Positions 49,182 through 58,251 of a stretch of DNA of 64,000 bases are shown piece by piece. The stretch comes from an uncultured Clostridia bacterium. Lineage in GTDB: Bacteria; Bacillota; Clostridia; Oscillospirales; Acutalibacteraceae. Where the stretch lies: NCBI GenBank assembly GCA_947595635.1, contig CANQEU010000004.1:186-64185 (forward strand), given 5' to 3'. The position numbers and the translations under genes were made by a program. The notes beneath the pieces are model-generated. The model did no database searches and was not told the origin of the DNA. It saw only the letters and a list, made by a program, of their open reading frames with translations. The first letter of the stretch is position 1. Every line of letters begins with the position of its first letter.

Positions 49182-51011
49182 TCAATGGAAAAAATTATAC
49201 ACTGCGTTCGCGGCGCTTTTATTCATCGTCGGAGCGTCAATAAGCTCCTGTAAATCTGCATTTTTTATATTCTTTATACTTCCGAAGTGCTTAAGCAGAG
49301 CCTTTGCCCTCTTTTCACCTACGCCGTCAATCTCAGTAAGAGAGCTTTTAAACGCGGAGGACTTCCTGCGCGCTCTGTGGTAAGTTATTGCATACCTGTG
49401 TACTTCCTCCTGAATTGTGGAAACGAGCGTAAACGCGCTGCGTTTGGACGATATTTCAATTTCGCTGTCGCCGTCTGTTATAGCCCTTGTTTTGTGCTTG
49501 CTGTCCTTTACCATACCAAAGACAGGAACTCTTATATTCATTTCGTCAAGCACCTGCATAACGGCGGTATGCTGTCCTTTTCCGCCGTCAAGAAGAATGA
49601 GGTCGGGCATAATGCCAAAGGTGTTGCCGTCGCTTTCGTGCGCCTTATACTCCTCAAATCTGCGGCGTATAACCTCCTTCATCGACGCGCAATCGTCCTG
49701 ACCGGCAAAGGATTTTATTTTAAATCTTCTGTACGCTTTACGGTACGGCTTGCCCTTTTTGAAAACAACCATTCCGGCAACATTTTCGTCGCCCATAAGA
49801 TTTGATATATCGTAGGATTCTATATAGTCCGGCTGAGCTTCAAGCCCAAGCACCGACGCAAGCTCGGCAAGTGCGCTCTCCTCACGCACAGTGATCCCTC
49901 TCTTTTGGGCAATTTGCTCGGCTGCATTCTTTTTGCACATTTGAACAAGCTTTAGCTGCTCGCCCTTTTGCGGCACGGTTATCTGAACCCTGCCGTTATT
50001 CATACCCGACAGCCACTGCTCAAGTATCTGCGCGTCCTCGCACGGACTGTCAAGCGTTATCCTTGGCGGAACATCTCTCAGCTGGTAATATCTCTCAATG
50101 AACTCATCCCTTGCCTTCGGGCTGTCCTCAACATCATTTATTATAAAATTCTCTCTGTCATAAAGCCTTCCGTCGTGAAAGCGAAAGACCTCAAAGCAGC
50201 CGCAGTCTCCGCTGCACGCAAGCGCTATAACGTCCTGCTCCAACACGGAGGCGGCAACTACCCTCTGCCTTTCACCGACGCGCTTAACGGCGTTTATTCT
50301 GTCCCTTATTCTTGCCGCCCTTTCAAACTCAAGATTATCGGACGCTCTGTTCATTTCTTCGGTCAGCTTTTTGATTGAAGCACGTCCGCCGTTTTTTAGG
50401 AAATCAACCGCCTCTGAAAAATTATCATTGTACTCTTTAACGGACATCTTGCCCATACAGGGCGCAGAGCACTGCTTGATATAATAATTAAGGCACGGGC
50501 GTGTTTTTCCGAAGTCTCTCGGAAACACCTTGCTGCAATCAGGCAGCATAAAAATCTTGTGCGCCTGATCGACGGCATTTTTTACATAGTAGTGGCTCAT
50601 ATACGGGCCAAGGTAGACAGCGTCTTTATCATTGTTATTTTTTTCTGCGCTTATTCTTCCCCAATCGCCCTTTGTGATTTTGATATAGGCGTATCCCTTG
50701 TCGTCCTTTAAAAGAATATTGTATTTCGGCTTGTGCTGTTTTATCAGGCTGCATTCAAGCACAAGCGCCTCAAACTCAGAGCTTGTGATTATATATTCAA
50801 ATCTGTCAACATTCTCTACCATCCGCCTTACCTTGTCGCTATGGTTATTTTGAGAGCCGAAATACTGGCTGACGCGATTGCGAAGTACCTTAGCCTTGCC
50901 GATGTATATTATTTTTCCGCTCGAATTTTTCATAATATACACTCCCGGCTCAAGCGGAAGCTTCATAGCCTTTGCCCTAAGCTGCGACATCTTTTGATTC
51001 ATTCTGCTCAC
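49182..51011 (-). CDS. uvrC: Excinuclease ABC subunit C
   Basis: GIY-YIG (PGVY..IYIGKA), UVR domain, ESYDISN, DGGKGQ, HhH GVGEKR. Confidence 0.97.
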   Translation of the reverse strand: MSRMNQKMSQLRAKAMKLPLEPGVYIMKNSSGKIIYIGKAKVLRNRVSQYFGSQNNHSDKVRRMVENVDRFEYIITSSEFEALVLECSLIKQHKPKYNILLKDDKGYAYIKITKGDWGRISAEKNNNDKDAVYLGPYMSHYYVKNAVDQAHKIFMLPDCSKVFPRDFGKTRPCLNYYIKQCSAPCMGKMSVKEYNDNFSEAVDFLKNGGRASIKKLTEEMNRASDNLEFERAARIRDRINAVKRVGERQRVVAASVLEQDVIALACSGDCGCFEVFRFHDGRLYDRENFIINDVEDSPKARDEFIERYYQLRDVPPRITLDSPCEDAQILEQWLSGMNNGRVQITVPQKGEQLKLVQMCKKNAAEQIAQKRGITVREESALAELASVLGLEAQPDYIESYDISNLMGDENVAGMVVFKKGKPYRKAYRRFKIKSFAGQDDCASMKEVIRRRFEEYKAHESDGNTFGIMPDLILLDGGKGQHTAVMQVLDEMNIRVPVFGMVKDSKHKTRAITDGDSEIEISSKRSAFTLVSTIQEEVHRYAITYHRARRKSSAFKSSLTEIDGVGEKRAKALLKHFGSIKNIKNADLQELIDAPTMNKSAANAVYNFFH

Positions 51012-51053
51012 CCTGCCATAAGTAGTTTAAAGGAGTTTTTTAAAAAATAAAAA

Positions 51054-51079
51054 CGGACAGAGGGAAAAGCCTCTGTCCG
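51054..51079 (-). terminator. ptsH terminator
   Basis: cggacagagg/cctctgtccg with a U-rich tail on the minus strand. Confidence 0.7.
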
Positions 51080-51098
51080 CCGTTTAAATTAGAAGTAA

Positions 51099-51362
51099 TT
51101 ACTCTGAAAAGCCGGATTCAACAAGCTTTACAAGACTCTCAACAGCCTGCTGCTCATCAGCGCCGTCAGCAATAATTTTGATTGTTGTGCCGCCTACTAT
51201 TCCAAGTGAGAGAACGCCGAGAAGACTCTTTGCGTTTACTCTTCTTTCTTCTTTCTCAACCCAAATTGAAGACTTGTATTCATTTGCCTTCTGGATAAAG
51301 AAAGTTGCCGGACGAGCGTGCAAGCCTACCTGATTCTGAACCTCAACATCTTTTACGAACAT
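51099..51362 (-). CDS. ptsH: Phosphocarrier protein HPr
   Basis: GLHARPA (His15), NAKSLLGVLSLG (Ser46). Confidence 0.93.
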   Translation of the reverse strand: MFVKDVEVQNQVGLHARPATFFIQKANEYKSSIWVEKEERRVNAKSLLGVLSLGIVGGTTIKIIADGADEQQAVESLVKLVESGFSE

Positions 51363-51474
51363 TTCAATCTCTCCTCTAAATTAATTCATTAATATTGCCC
51401 ACTTTGGCTATTGCTACATAATCACACAAAGATTCTGGCAATTACCCAAAACCTTATTGTTAATCCTGATACAT

Positions 51475-51502
51475 ATTATATCACACAGGTTTTTTCCGTC
51501 AA
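51475..51502 (-). promoter_or_regulatory. SigA promoter of ptsH
   Basis: TTGACG-16-TATAAT with TGn extension. Confidence 0.6.
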
Positions 51503-51662
51503 TATCAATTTTGCAATTTCGGTTTGATGAACTATCATAACGCCTGTTTGCAAGGTAGTATTTGTGCATATTAAATAAAATTCGAGGAAAAAACTGTTTT
51601 TATGTACCGTTAATTATTCTAAAAAAGAATAATAGCGATATTCTATTAGCATTTAATATATT

Positions 51663-52373
51663 TTATTCGATTTCAAATTCGGATATTTTGGCAATTTTAT
51701 ACATATCAGGTCGTTTTTCCCTTGTTCTTATAATCGACTGCATTCTGCGCCATTCTTCAATATTTTTGTGATGACCGCTCAAAAGCACCTGCGGCACTTC
51801 TCTGCCCCTCCAAACGGAAGGCTTTGTATATTGCGGATATTCAAGCAATCCGTTATAGTGGCTTTCCTCCGTGAAGCACTCCTCATCAGACAATACTCCC
51901 GGCACCATTCTGCACAGCGAGTCGGCATATACGCAGGCGGCAAGCTCGCCCCCCGTAAGAACATAATCCCCTATTGATATTTCTTCATCAACAAGCTCCT
52001 CCAAAACACGCTCGTCAATGCCCTCGTAATGGCCGCATAAAATGCAGATATTATCATATTTTTCGGCGGTGTCTTTAAGTATTTGCTGATTCAACACCCT
52101 GCCCTGCGGCGACATATACACAAAGTGCGGCCTCAAACCGAGCTTTGAGCAAATATCCTCAAAGCAAAGAGCAATGGGCTCCGCCTTAAGCACCATACCC
52201 ATACCGCCGCCATAAGGCGTGTCGTCAACACGCTTGTGCTTGTCAAAGGCATAGTCCCTGAGCTGATGAAATTCAAGCGTGACGGCTCCGCTTTTAACAG
52301 CTCTGCCAATAATGCTTTCAAGCAGTGCACAGCGGCACATTTCCGGAAACAGGGTTATTATGTCAATCCTCAT
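51663..52373 (-). CDS. trmD: tRNA m1G37 methyltransferase
   Basis: DDTPYGGGMG, CGHYEGID, SIGDYVLTGGE, LLSGHH. Confidence 0.97.
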   Translation of the reverse strand: MRIDIITLFPEMCRCALLESIIGRAVKSGAVTLEFHQLRDYAFDKHKRVDDTPYGGGMGMVLKAEPIALCFEDICSKLGLRPHFVYMSPQGRVLNQQILKDTAEKYDNICILCGHYEGIDERVLEELVDEEISIGDYVLTGGELAACVYADSLCRMVPGVLSDEECFTEESHYNGLLEYPQYTKPSVWRGREVPQVLLSGHHKNIEEWRRMQSIIRTREKRPDMYKIAKISEFEIE

Positions 52374-52875
52374 CGTCAAAAATTCCTTTCATTGGCAAAA
52401 TTAAAACTCTGCCGCCTTCAACGTCAACGGATTTAACGACATCGGGTATGACAGGCGCAAGAAATTTGCGGTTTTTATTGTCCGTTATTTCGTACACATC
52501 ATTTGCTCCTGTTTTAAAAACATCGCTTATAATGCCATATTCTGCCTCTGTATCAACGTCAATCACCTTGCAGCCTATCAAGTCCTGTATATAGTACTCA
52601 CCTTTTTGAAGGCGCATATCCTCCCTGTTCATCCACAAAACCTTTCCGCGCAGTAAATCCGCCTGCTCCACTGTGTCAACGCCGTCAAGCTTTGCTATTA
52701 TCATTCTTTTATGCTGCCTTGATGAAATTTTTACTTCCCTTTCTCCGCCGTTAAAATAAAGGCGTTTAAATTTTGCGAAAAATTGCGGAGAGTCGCACCA
52801 TGGCTCAATTTTAACCTCGCCCTTTATTCCGTGGGTGGAAACTATTTTTCCAATCTCCAAAAACTTCTTTAGCAT
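52363..52875 (-). CDS. rimM: Ribosome maturation factor RimM
   Basis: IGKIVSTHGIKGEV, DLIGC, TGANDVY; precedes trmD. Confidence 0.95.
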   Translation of the reverse strand: MLKKFLEIGKIVSTHGIKGEVKIEPWCDSPQFFAKFKRLYFNGGEREVKISSRQHKRMIIAKLDGVDTVEQADLLRGKVLWMNREDMRLQKGEYYIQDLIGCKVIDVDTEAEYGIISDVFKTGANDVYEITDNKNRKFLAPVIPDVVKSVDVEGGRVLILPMKGIFDDED

Positions 52876-52990
52876 TTATTTCTCCTTAATATCCGTTACT
52901 TGCTGCTTTTCGGCGGTTGTGCGCCGATTCTCTTTTTATTCTATCATATTTATTTATTTTTACAATCCCCTTATTTTGTTGCCGCATCGG

Positions 52991-53019
52991 TTTACAAAAT
53001 GCCGCTGCTTCTGTATAAT
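52991..53019 (+). promoter_or_regulatory. SigA promoter of yqzL-recO-mutS2
   Basis: TTTACA-17-TATAAT. Confidence 0.55.
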
Positions 53020-53148
53020 ATATATATGAGCGTTCGGCATTTTTCTTCCGAAATTTATCAGTTTTATTTCTACATTTTACCACCGTTATTTTTCTTTTTG
53101 GTGCGTATAATGATAACGAAGCTTCATTTTTATTTTGGAGGAATTGGT

Positions 53149-53331
53149 ATGGATGCGTTAGATGCGTGGAATAATTTTTTATCAACCGGAAGTGTGATGG
53201 ATTATCTTGCATATACGTCTATTCATGACGCCGAGCTCAGCGATGCTGAAAAACAAGAAAACGAGCTTTCGGAGGACGAATATGAATCTGAGTACGGACG
53301 GTCTGATCATAAAGGAACAAAATATTGGTGA
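53149..53331 (+). CDS. yqzL: YqzL-family small protein
   Basis: W..F..TGSV..YL pattern, GGAGG RBS, overlaps the recO start; the ORF track over-extends it to 52900. Confidence 0.7.
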   Translation: MDALDAWNNFLSTGSVMDYLAYTSIHDAELSDAEKQENELSEDEYESEYGRSDHKGTKYW

Positions 53332-54025
53332 AAACAGCCGTCTTGTTACCGTGCTTAGCAAGGACTTCGGCGTTATACGGGCATTTGTAAAAAATGCCGG
53401 CAGCCTTAAAAGCCCAAAAAGTGCGGCTACTCGGCTTCTTTGCTACTCCCGACTTAATATATTTAAGGGTCGGGAGTCATACATAATCGACGACGCACAA
53501 AGTATAGAAATATTTATGCCTCTCAGAAATGATGTTGTGAAAATGTCGCTTGCGCAGTATTTTTGCGAGCTTTCCATACATTTTTTCCCTGAGCAATCGC
53601 CCTGCGGCGAGGGACTGAGGCTTATATTAAACGCCCTATACGTTCTTTCAAAGGGCGCAAGACCTAATGAGCAAATCAAGGCGGTAACCGAAATGCGCCT
53701 TGCTTCGCTGTGCGGCTATATGCCGGATCTTGTATGTTGTAACGAATGCAAAAAATACGAGGATGAGCATATGCGTTTTTATCCGCTAAGCGGAATTTTG
53801 CTTTGCGGCGGCTGTATTGAAGAAAAAAAAGAATACTCTGTTTTAACAGGACTTGGCGCTACCGCCGCATTAAGACATTCGATATATTCTGTCCCGGAAA
53901 AGCTATTTTCCTTTACTCTGTCCGAAGAAAGCATAAACAGCTTTTCCCGTGCGGCGGAGGACTACCTTCTTAATATTGCCGAGCGTGGATTTCAAACGCT
54001 CAATTTTTATAAAACGATAAAATAA
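53282..54025 (+). CDS. recO: DNA repair protein RecO
   Basis: GENSRLVTVLSKDFG, E-x-R-L..GY.P..CCNEC..LCGGC Zn finger; start at MNLST. Confidence 0.92.
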   Translation: MNLSTDGLIIKEQNIGENSRLVTVLSKDFGVIRAFVKNAGSLKSPKSAATRLLCYSRLNIFKGRESYIIDDAQSIEIFMPLRNDVVKMSLAQYFCELSIHFFPEQSPCGEGLRLILNALYVLSKGARPNEQIKAVTEMRLASLCGYMPDLVCCNECKKYEDEHMRFYPLSGILLCGGCIEEKKEYSVLTGLGATAALRHSIYSVPEKLFSFTLSEESINSFSRAAEDYLLNIAERGFQTLNFYKTIK

Positions 54026-54036
54026 CGGGGTCGTAA

Positions 54037-56388
54037 ATGAACAGACATCTTAAAACACTTGAGCTTGATAAAATTTTAAATATGCTTGCAAACGAGAGCG
54101 CAAGCGAGGCTGCCGCCGCACTTGCGCTCGACATAAGGCCGAAGAACTCGCTTTCGGAGGTTATTAAGCTTTTAAAGCAGACCGAGGACGCATACATATT
54201 ATGCGGCAGATTCGGCTCGCCGTCGTTCGGCTCAATAAAGGATATATCAAACCCTGCCGCCAGAGCGGCCGCCGGCGGCACGCTCTCAACGACCGAGCTG
54301 CTTAAAATAGCGGAGCTGCTCAGGGTGGTAAGGGGTGTTAAGCAATGGCGTGAAAATTGCGCCGGCACGGAAAGCGTGCTCGACAGCAAATTCAGCGGAC
54401 TTATTCCAAATAAATTTTTGGAGGAAGCCATAAGCGGAGCGATAATCTCCGAGGACGAAATTTCAGACAAGGCGTCCCCCACCCTAAGCGATATACGCCG
54501 AAAAATGAAAAACGCCTCTCTAAAGGCAAGAGATATTCTCAACAACCTGATACATTCCTCCTCATATAAAAAATATTTGCAGGACGCAATTGTTACAATA
54601 CGCGACGGGCGCTATGTAGTGCCGGTAAAAGCCGAATGCCGAAGCAATGTAAGCGGTCTTGTTCACGACACGTCGGCAAGCGGCTCAACAATATTTATAG
54701 AGCCTATGGGAGTTGTTGAGGCAAACAACGAAATAAAGGTATTAAAATCAAAAGAGGAAACGGAAATTGAGCGTATACTGTCGTCCCTGTCAGCAAATGC
54801 AGGGGCTTTTGCAAAGCAGCTTACGGATAATTACGGACTGCTTATAGAGCTTGACCTTATTTTTGCAAAAGCGTCGCTTGCGTACAAGCTTAAGGCTTCA
54901 ATGCCTGTAATGAACGACAAGGGCATAATAGATTTAAAGCAGGCAAGGCATCCGCTTATAGACAGCAGTTGTGTTGTTCCAATCAACATAAGGCTCGGCG
55001 GCGAATTTTCCACCCTTGTAATAACCGGTCCCAACACCGGCGGAAAAACCGTTACGCTTAAAACAATTGGTCTTTTAACCGTTATGGCCATGTGCGGACT
55101 TATGGTTCCTGCCGGCGACAACAGCAGATTATCGGTATTTGAGCATATCCTTGCGGATATTGGAGATGAACAGAGCATTGAGCAGAGTCTTTCAACATTT
55201 TCCGCACATATGACAAATATATCAAACATATTAAAAACAGCAGACGATAAAAGCCTTGCCCTTATAGACGAGCTTGGAGCAGGCACCGACCCTGTAGAGG
55301 GCGCCGCTCTTGCAACGGCTATACTTGAAAAGCTTGCCTCTGCAGGCACTGTTACGGCGGCTACAACTCACTATGCCGAGCTGAAGGCGTTTGCTCTGAA
55401 CACTCCCGGTGTTGAAAACGCCTGCTGCGAGTTTGACATCGCGACTCTAAGACCTACCTACAAGCTTTCAATCGGGGTTCCGGGGCGTTCTAACGCATTT
55501 GCGATTTCAAAAAAGCTTGGGATAGACAATGAAATAATCGAGCGATCAAAAAGACTTGTTTCACGCGATGACAGAAAATTTGAAAGCGTTGTCAGAAATC
55601 TTGAAAAAAAGCGGCAGGAGCTTGAGCAGCAGCTTAACGCGGCCGAGGAAAAGGCGCTGCTTGCACAAAAGGCAATCGAGGACGCCGAGAAAAAGGCGTT
55701 AAAAATCAGGCAGCAAAGCGAAGCGGAAATACAGCGTGCGAGAGAAGAGGCGGCGCAGATAGTATCAAGGACAAGAGCCGCCGCTTACGGAATTATGGAA
55801 AGCGTTGAAAAGGCACAGAGAGAAAAGAGGCTGTCAGACGAAGATAAATTGAAGCTTAAAGCACAAATTAAAAATATAGAAAACACAGCAGACCCGATTG
55901 CAAAAGCAAAGAACGATGATTATAAGCCTCCGAGAAAGCTTAAGCAGGGCGACACCGTATTAATATTCGATATTGACAAAAAGGCGACTGTGCTTGAGCT
56001 TGACCCCGACGGAAAAACGGCGCTTGTTCAGGCAGGCATTATTAAAACAAGAGTCAGCATAAACAATTTAAGGCTGCTTGACAGTCAAAGCAAGGACAAG
56101 CCTAAACCATCTCACCGCAGTGTAACAAGGCAGACTGACGTAAGGGCTGTTACTGAGGTTGATTTGAGGGGTATGACTGCCACAGAGGCGATTATGGAGC
56201 TTGAAAACGCAATCGACTCCGCAATTCTGTCGGGAATAAACCAGATAACAATAATACACGGCAAGGGCACCGGCGTTCTTCGGCGAGAGGTTCATTCCTT
56301 CCTAAAGGGCTGTAGGACTGTAAAGGACTACAGGCTCGGAGTTTACGGCGAGGGCGAAAGCGGAGTTACGATAGCAACATTAAAATAA
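54037..56388 (+). CDS. mutS2: MutS2 (endonuclease / ribosome rescue factor)
   Basis: TGPNTGGKT, QSLSTFS, DELGAGTDP, coiled coil, C-terminal Smr domain (IHGKGTG). Confidence 0.96.
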   Translation: MNRHLKTLELDKILNMLANESASEAAAALALDIRPKNSLSEVIKLLKQTEDAYILCGRFGSPSFGSIKDISNPAARAAAGGTLSTTELLKIAELLRVVRGVKQWRENCAGTESVLDSKFSGLIPNKFLEEAISGAIISEDEISDKASPTLSDIRRKMKNASLKARDILNNLIHSSSYKKYLQDAIVTIRDGRYVVPVKAECRSNVSGLVHDTSASGSTIFIEPMGVVEANNEIKVLKSKEETEIERILSSLSANAGAFAKQLTDNYGLLIELDLIFAKASLAYKLKASMPVMNDKGIIDLKQARHPLIDSSCVVPINIRLGGEFSTLVITGPNTGGKTVTLKTIGLLTVMAMCGLMVPAGDNSRLSVFEHILADIGDEQSIEQSLSTFSAHMTNISNILKTADDKSLALIDELGAGTDPVEGAALATAILEKLASAGTVTAATTHYAELKAFALNTPGVENACCEFDIATLRPTYKLSIGVPGRSNAFAISKKLGIDNEIIERSKRLVSRDDRKFESVVRNLEKKRQELEQQLNAAEEKALLAQKAIEDAEKKALKIRQQSEAEIQRAREEAAQIVSRTRAAAYGIMESVEKAQREKRLSDEDKLKLKAQIKNIENTADPIAKAKNDDYKPPRKLKQGDTVLIFDIDKKATVLELDPDGKTALVQAGIIKTRVSINNLRLLDSQSKDKPKPSHRSVTRQTDVRAVTEVDLRGMTATEAIMELENAIDSAILSGINQITIIHGKGTGVLRREVHSFLKGCRTVKDYRLGVYGEGESGVTIATLK

Positions 56389-56403
56389 GTAAGGGGAATA
56401 ATA

Positions 56404-57183
56404 ATGAATAAAAATGTCACAAACGAAATCGAAGTAAACGATTATGACGACAGCTTTACACAGGACGCTCCTAAGAAGGATAAAAAGGGACACGGAATAA
56501 GAACAGCCGTTATAATTATTTTATGCGCGCTCCTGCTTATAGCGGCAGGCGTAATAACCGTTGCCGTGCTTGCTTTTCAAACGCCAAACAGCGATAAATT
56601 CGGAGCGTCGCCGGATAACGGGGCTATAATGAATGTTATCTATGCGGCGATAAAGGACGAGGACGCGGAAATAACTAATACTGAGCTTAACTCATTGCTT
56701 ACATATTTCATCAAGGGCGATAAGGACGACGACGTAAAACCGTTAAGCGAAAATTCAAGAATAAAGGACGCTGCAATTTATATACACAAGGACAAGCCGA
56801 GCGAGCTTTACGCTATGGTAGAAATTAATAATCACACCTTTGAAATATCGGCAGAGCTTAACATTGAACCGGAGATAATCAAAAATGAATTCAAACTGAC
56901 TGTTACCTCGGCAAAAATCGGGAATCTTCCAATTGCGCCTGACTTGCTTATGAACTACGCTTTCAGCGACGATATTTCTAATGGTATATCGGATTACATA
57001 CGCCGCGACGGAAATGACTTATACATAAAATCACGCTACCAATATGAAATTATGGGGCAGACAATTAAGTTTTCCGTAAAGAGCTTTGAACCGCTAAAGG
57101 ACGGAATAAAGCTTAAAACGACAAGCGCGGCTGACATACTTCTCGGGTCAATAAGCTCGTGGCTTTCTTCATTTTTCCAATAA
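56404..57183 (+). CDS. Hypothetical single-TM membrane-anchored protein
   Basis: Acidic/basic N-terminus, TM at about aa 33-58, beta-rich outer domain; AGGGG RBS. Confidence 0.75.
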   Translation: MNKNVTNEIEVNDYDDSFTQDAPKKDKKGHGIRTAVIIILCALLLIAAGVITVAVLAFQTPNSDKFGASPDNGAIMNVIYAAIKDEDAEITNTELNSLLTYFIKGDKDDDVKPLSENSRIKDAAIYIHKDKPSELYAMVEINNHTFEISAELNIEPEIIKNEFKLTVTSAKIGNLPIAPDLLMNYAFSDDISNGISDYIRRDGNDLYIKSRYQYEIMGQTIKFSVKSFEPLKDGIKLKTTSAADILLGSISSWLSSFFQ

Positions 57184-57198
57184 ACGGCTTTAATAAAC

Positions 57199-58232
57199 GC
57201 TTAGCGCCGCAGACTTTAGGTCTGCGGCGCTCCGATTCTGTTGATAAACCTATTTTTTGATAAGTTATCACCTGCTGAAGCTTTAAAATTTGGTTTTAAA
57301 CGTGGAATTGAAGCCCACCGTAAATCCTCACTTCCTCTTTAATAGAATTTTTTAGTCTAAATTCGTTCTGCTAAACTAATTTACGGGTTTAAAATATTAT
57401 TTAAGTAAAATTCCCTTGTGCGAGAATGATGAGGTGCAGGAGAAGCGAAGCTTCTACTGCAAAAAATAAAATCTTATGCAGCAGTGCTGACTGCGGTTCA
57501 AGGAACACAAAGACAAAAACACTTTTTGACCGCAGGCAGACCGCCTTGCGGCGACCTGCCTGCTGCTTTATATTTAGTTTATTATGCAAGGGGCTAAACG
57601 CCCCTTGCAACCCCAAAGCCTGCTCAGGGATTGCAAGTAAATAAAAGTTTTAATCTTCTTTCACATATTTGAACGCATAATTAATCTTCCCTCACAGGCA
57701 GAGAGCGCAATGCAACCATTCCAAGGCAAGCAAAAGCTTGAAAATAAATATTCCTTAAACGAGAATGATGAGGTGCAGGAGAAGCGAAGCTTCTCCTGCA
57801 AAAAAAATAAAATCTTAAGCAGCAGTGCTGACTGCGGTTCAAGGACGACACAGTAAATAATATTTTTTTGACGAGGCTCTCGCCGACCGCAGCGTTACCG
57901 ACTTGCACCGGTAACGCTGCTGCTTTAATATTGTGTTATATTAAAGGGGGAGCTGACGCTCCCCCTTTAAATCCCCTTTTTTGTTCGCTCAAAAAATACT
58001 TTGATTTTAATTCATGTTATAAAAGCTTATTTACGGGTATAAAAGCTTAATCAAGCAAAATTCCCTTGTGTGAGAATGATGAGGCGCAGGAGAAGCGAAG
58101 CTTCTACTGCAAAAAATAAAATCTTAAGCAGGAGTCCCGCTGCGCAGCAGTGCTGACTGCGGTTCAAGGATTATATGGACAAAAACTTTTTTACAAGCTG
58201 AGCGCCGCAGACTTTAAGTCTGCGGCGCTCCT
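57199..58232 (+). repeat. Mosaic palindromic repeat locus R3 (E-A-B-C-A-B-D-A-E), about 1 kb, non-coding
   Basis: Module A at 57411-57503, 57751-57844, 58061-58169; B at 57526 and 57885; C at 57583; D at 57941; E at 57203 and 58201. Confidence 0.92.
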
Positions 58233-58251
58233 AATTTTTTTTATAAGCATT

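Noticed and set aside
52900-53148. N-terminal extension of the 52900-53331 ORF
   Set aside because: It spans a divergent promoter region; the RBS and family pattern support a start at 53149
57421-57470. Hammerhead ribozyme core (TGATGAG plus stem)
   Set aside because: C3 is replaced by A and the required GAAA after stem II is absent
57401-58050. Short ORFs of 60-75 aa within the repeat mosaics (also 29006-29233 and 63526-63729)
   Set aside because: They are translations of repeat or tRNA sequence, lack an RBS and overlap in several frames
57411-58169. CRISPR array (three conserved repeats with unique spacers)
   Set aside because: Repeats are about 95-110 bp, spacing is irregular (339 and 311 bp), other modules are interleaved and no cas genes are present
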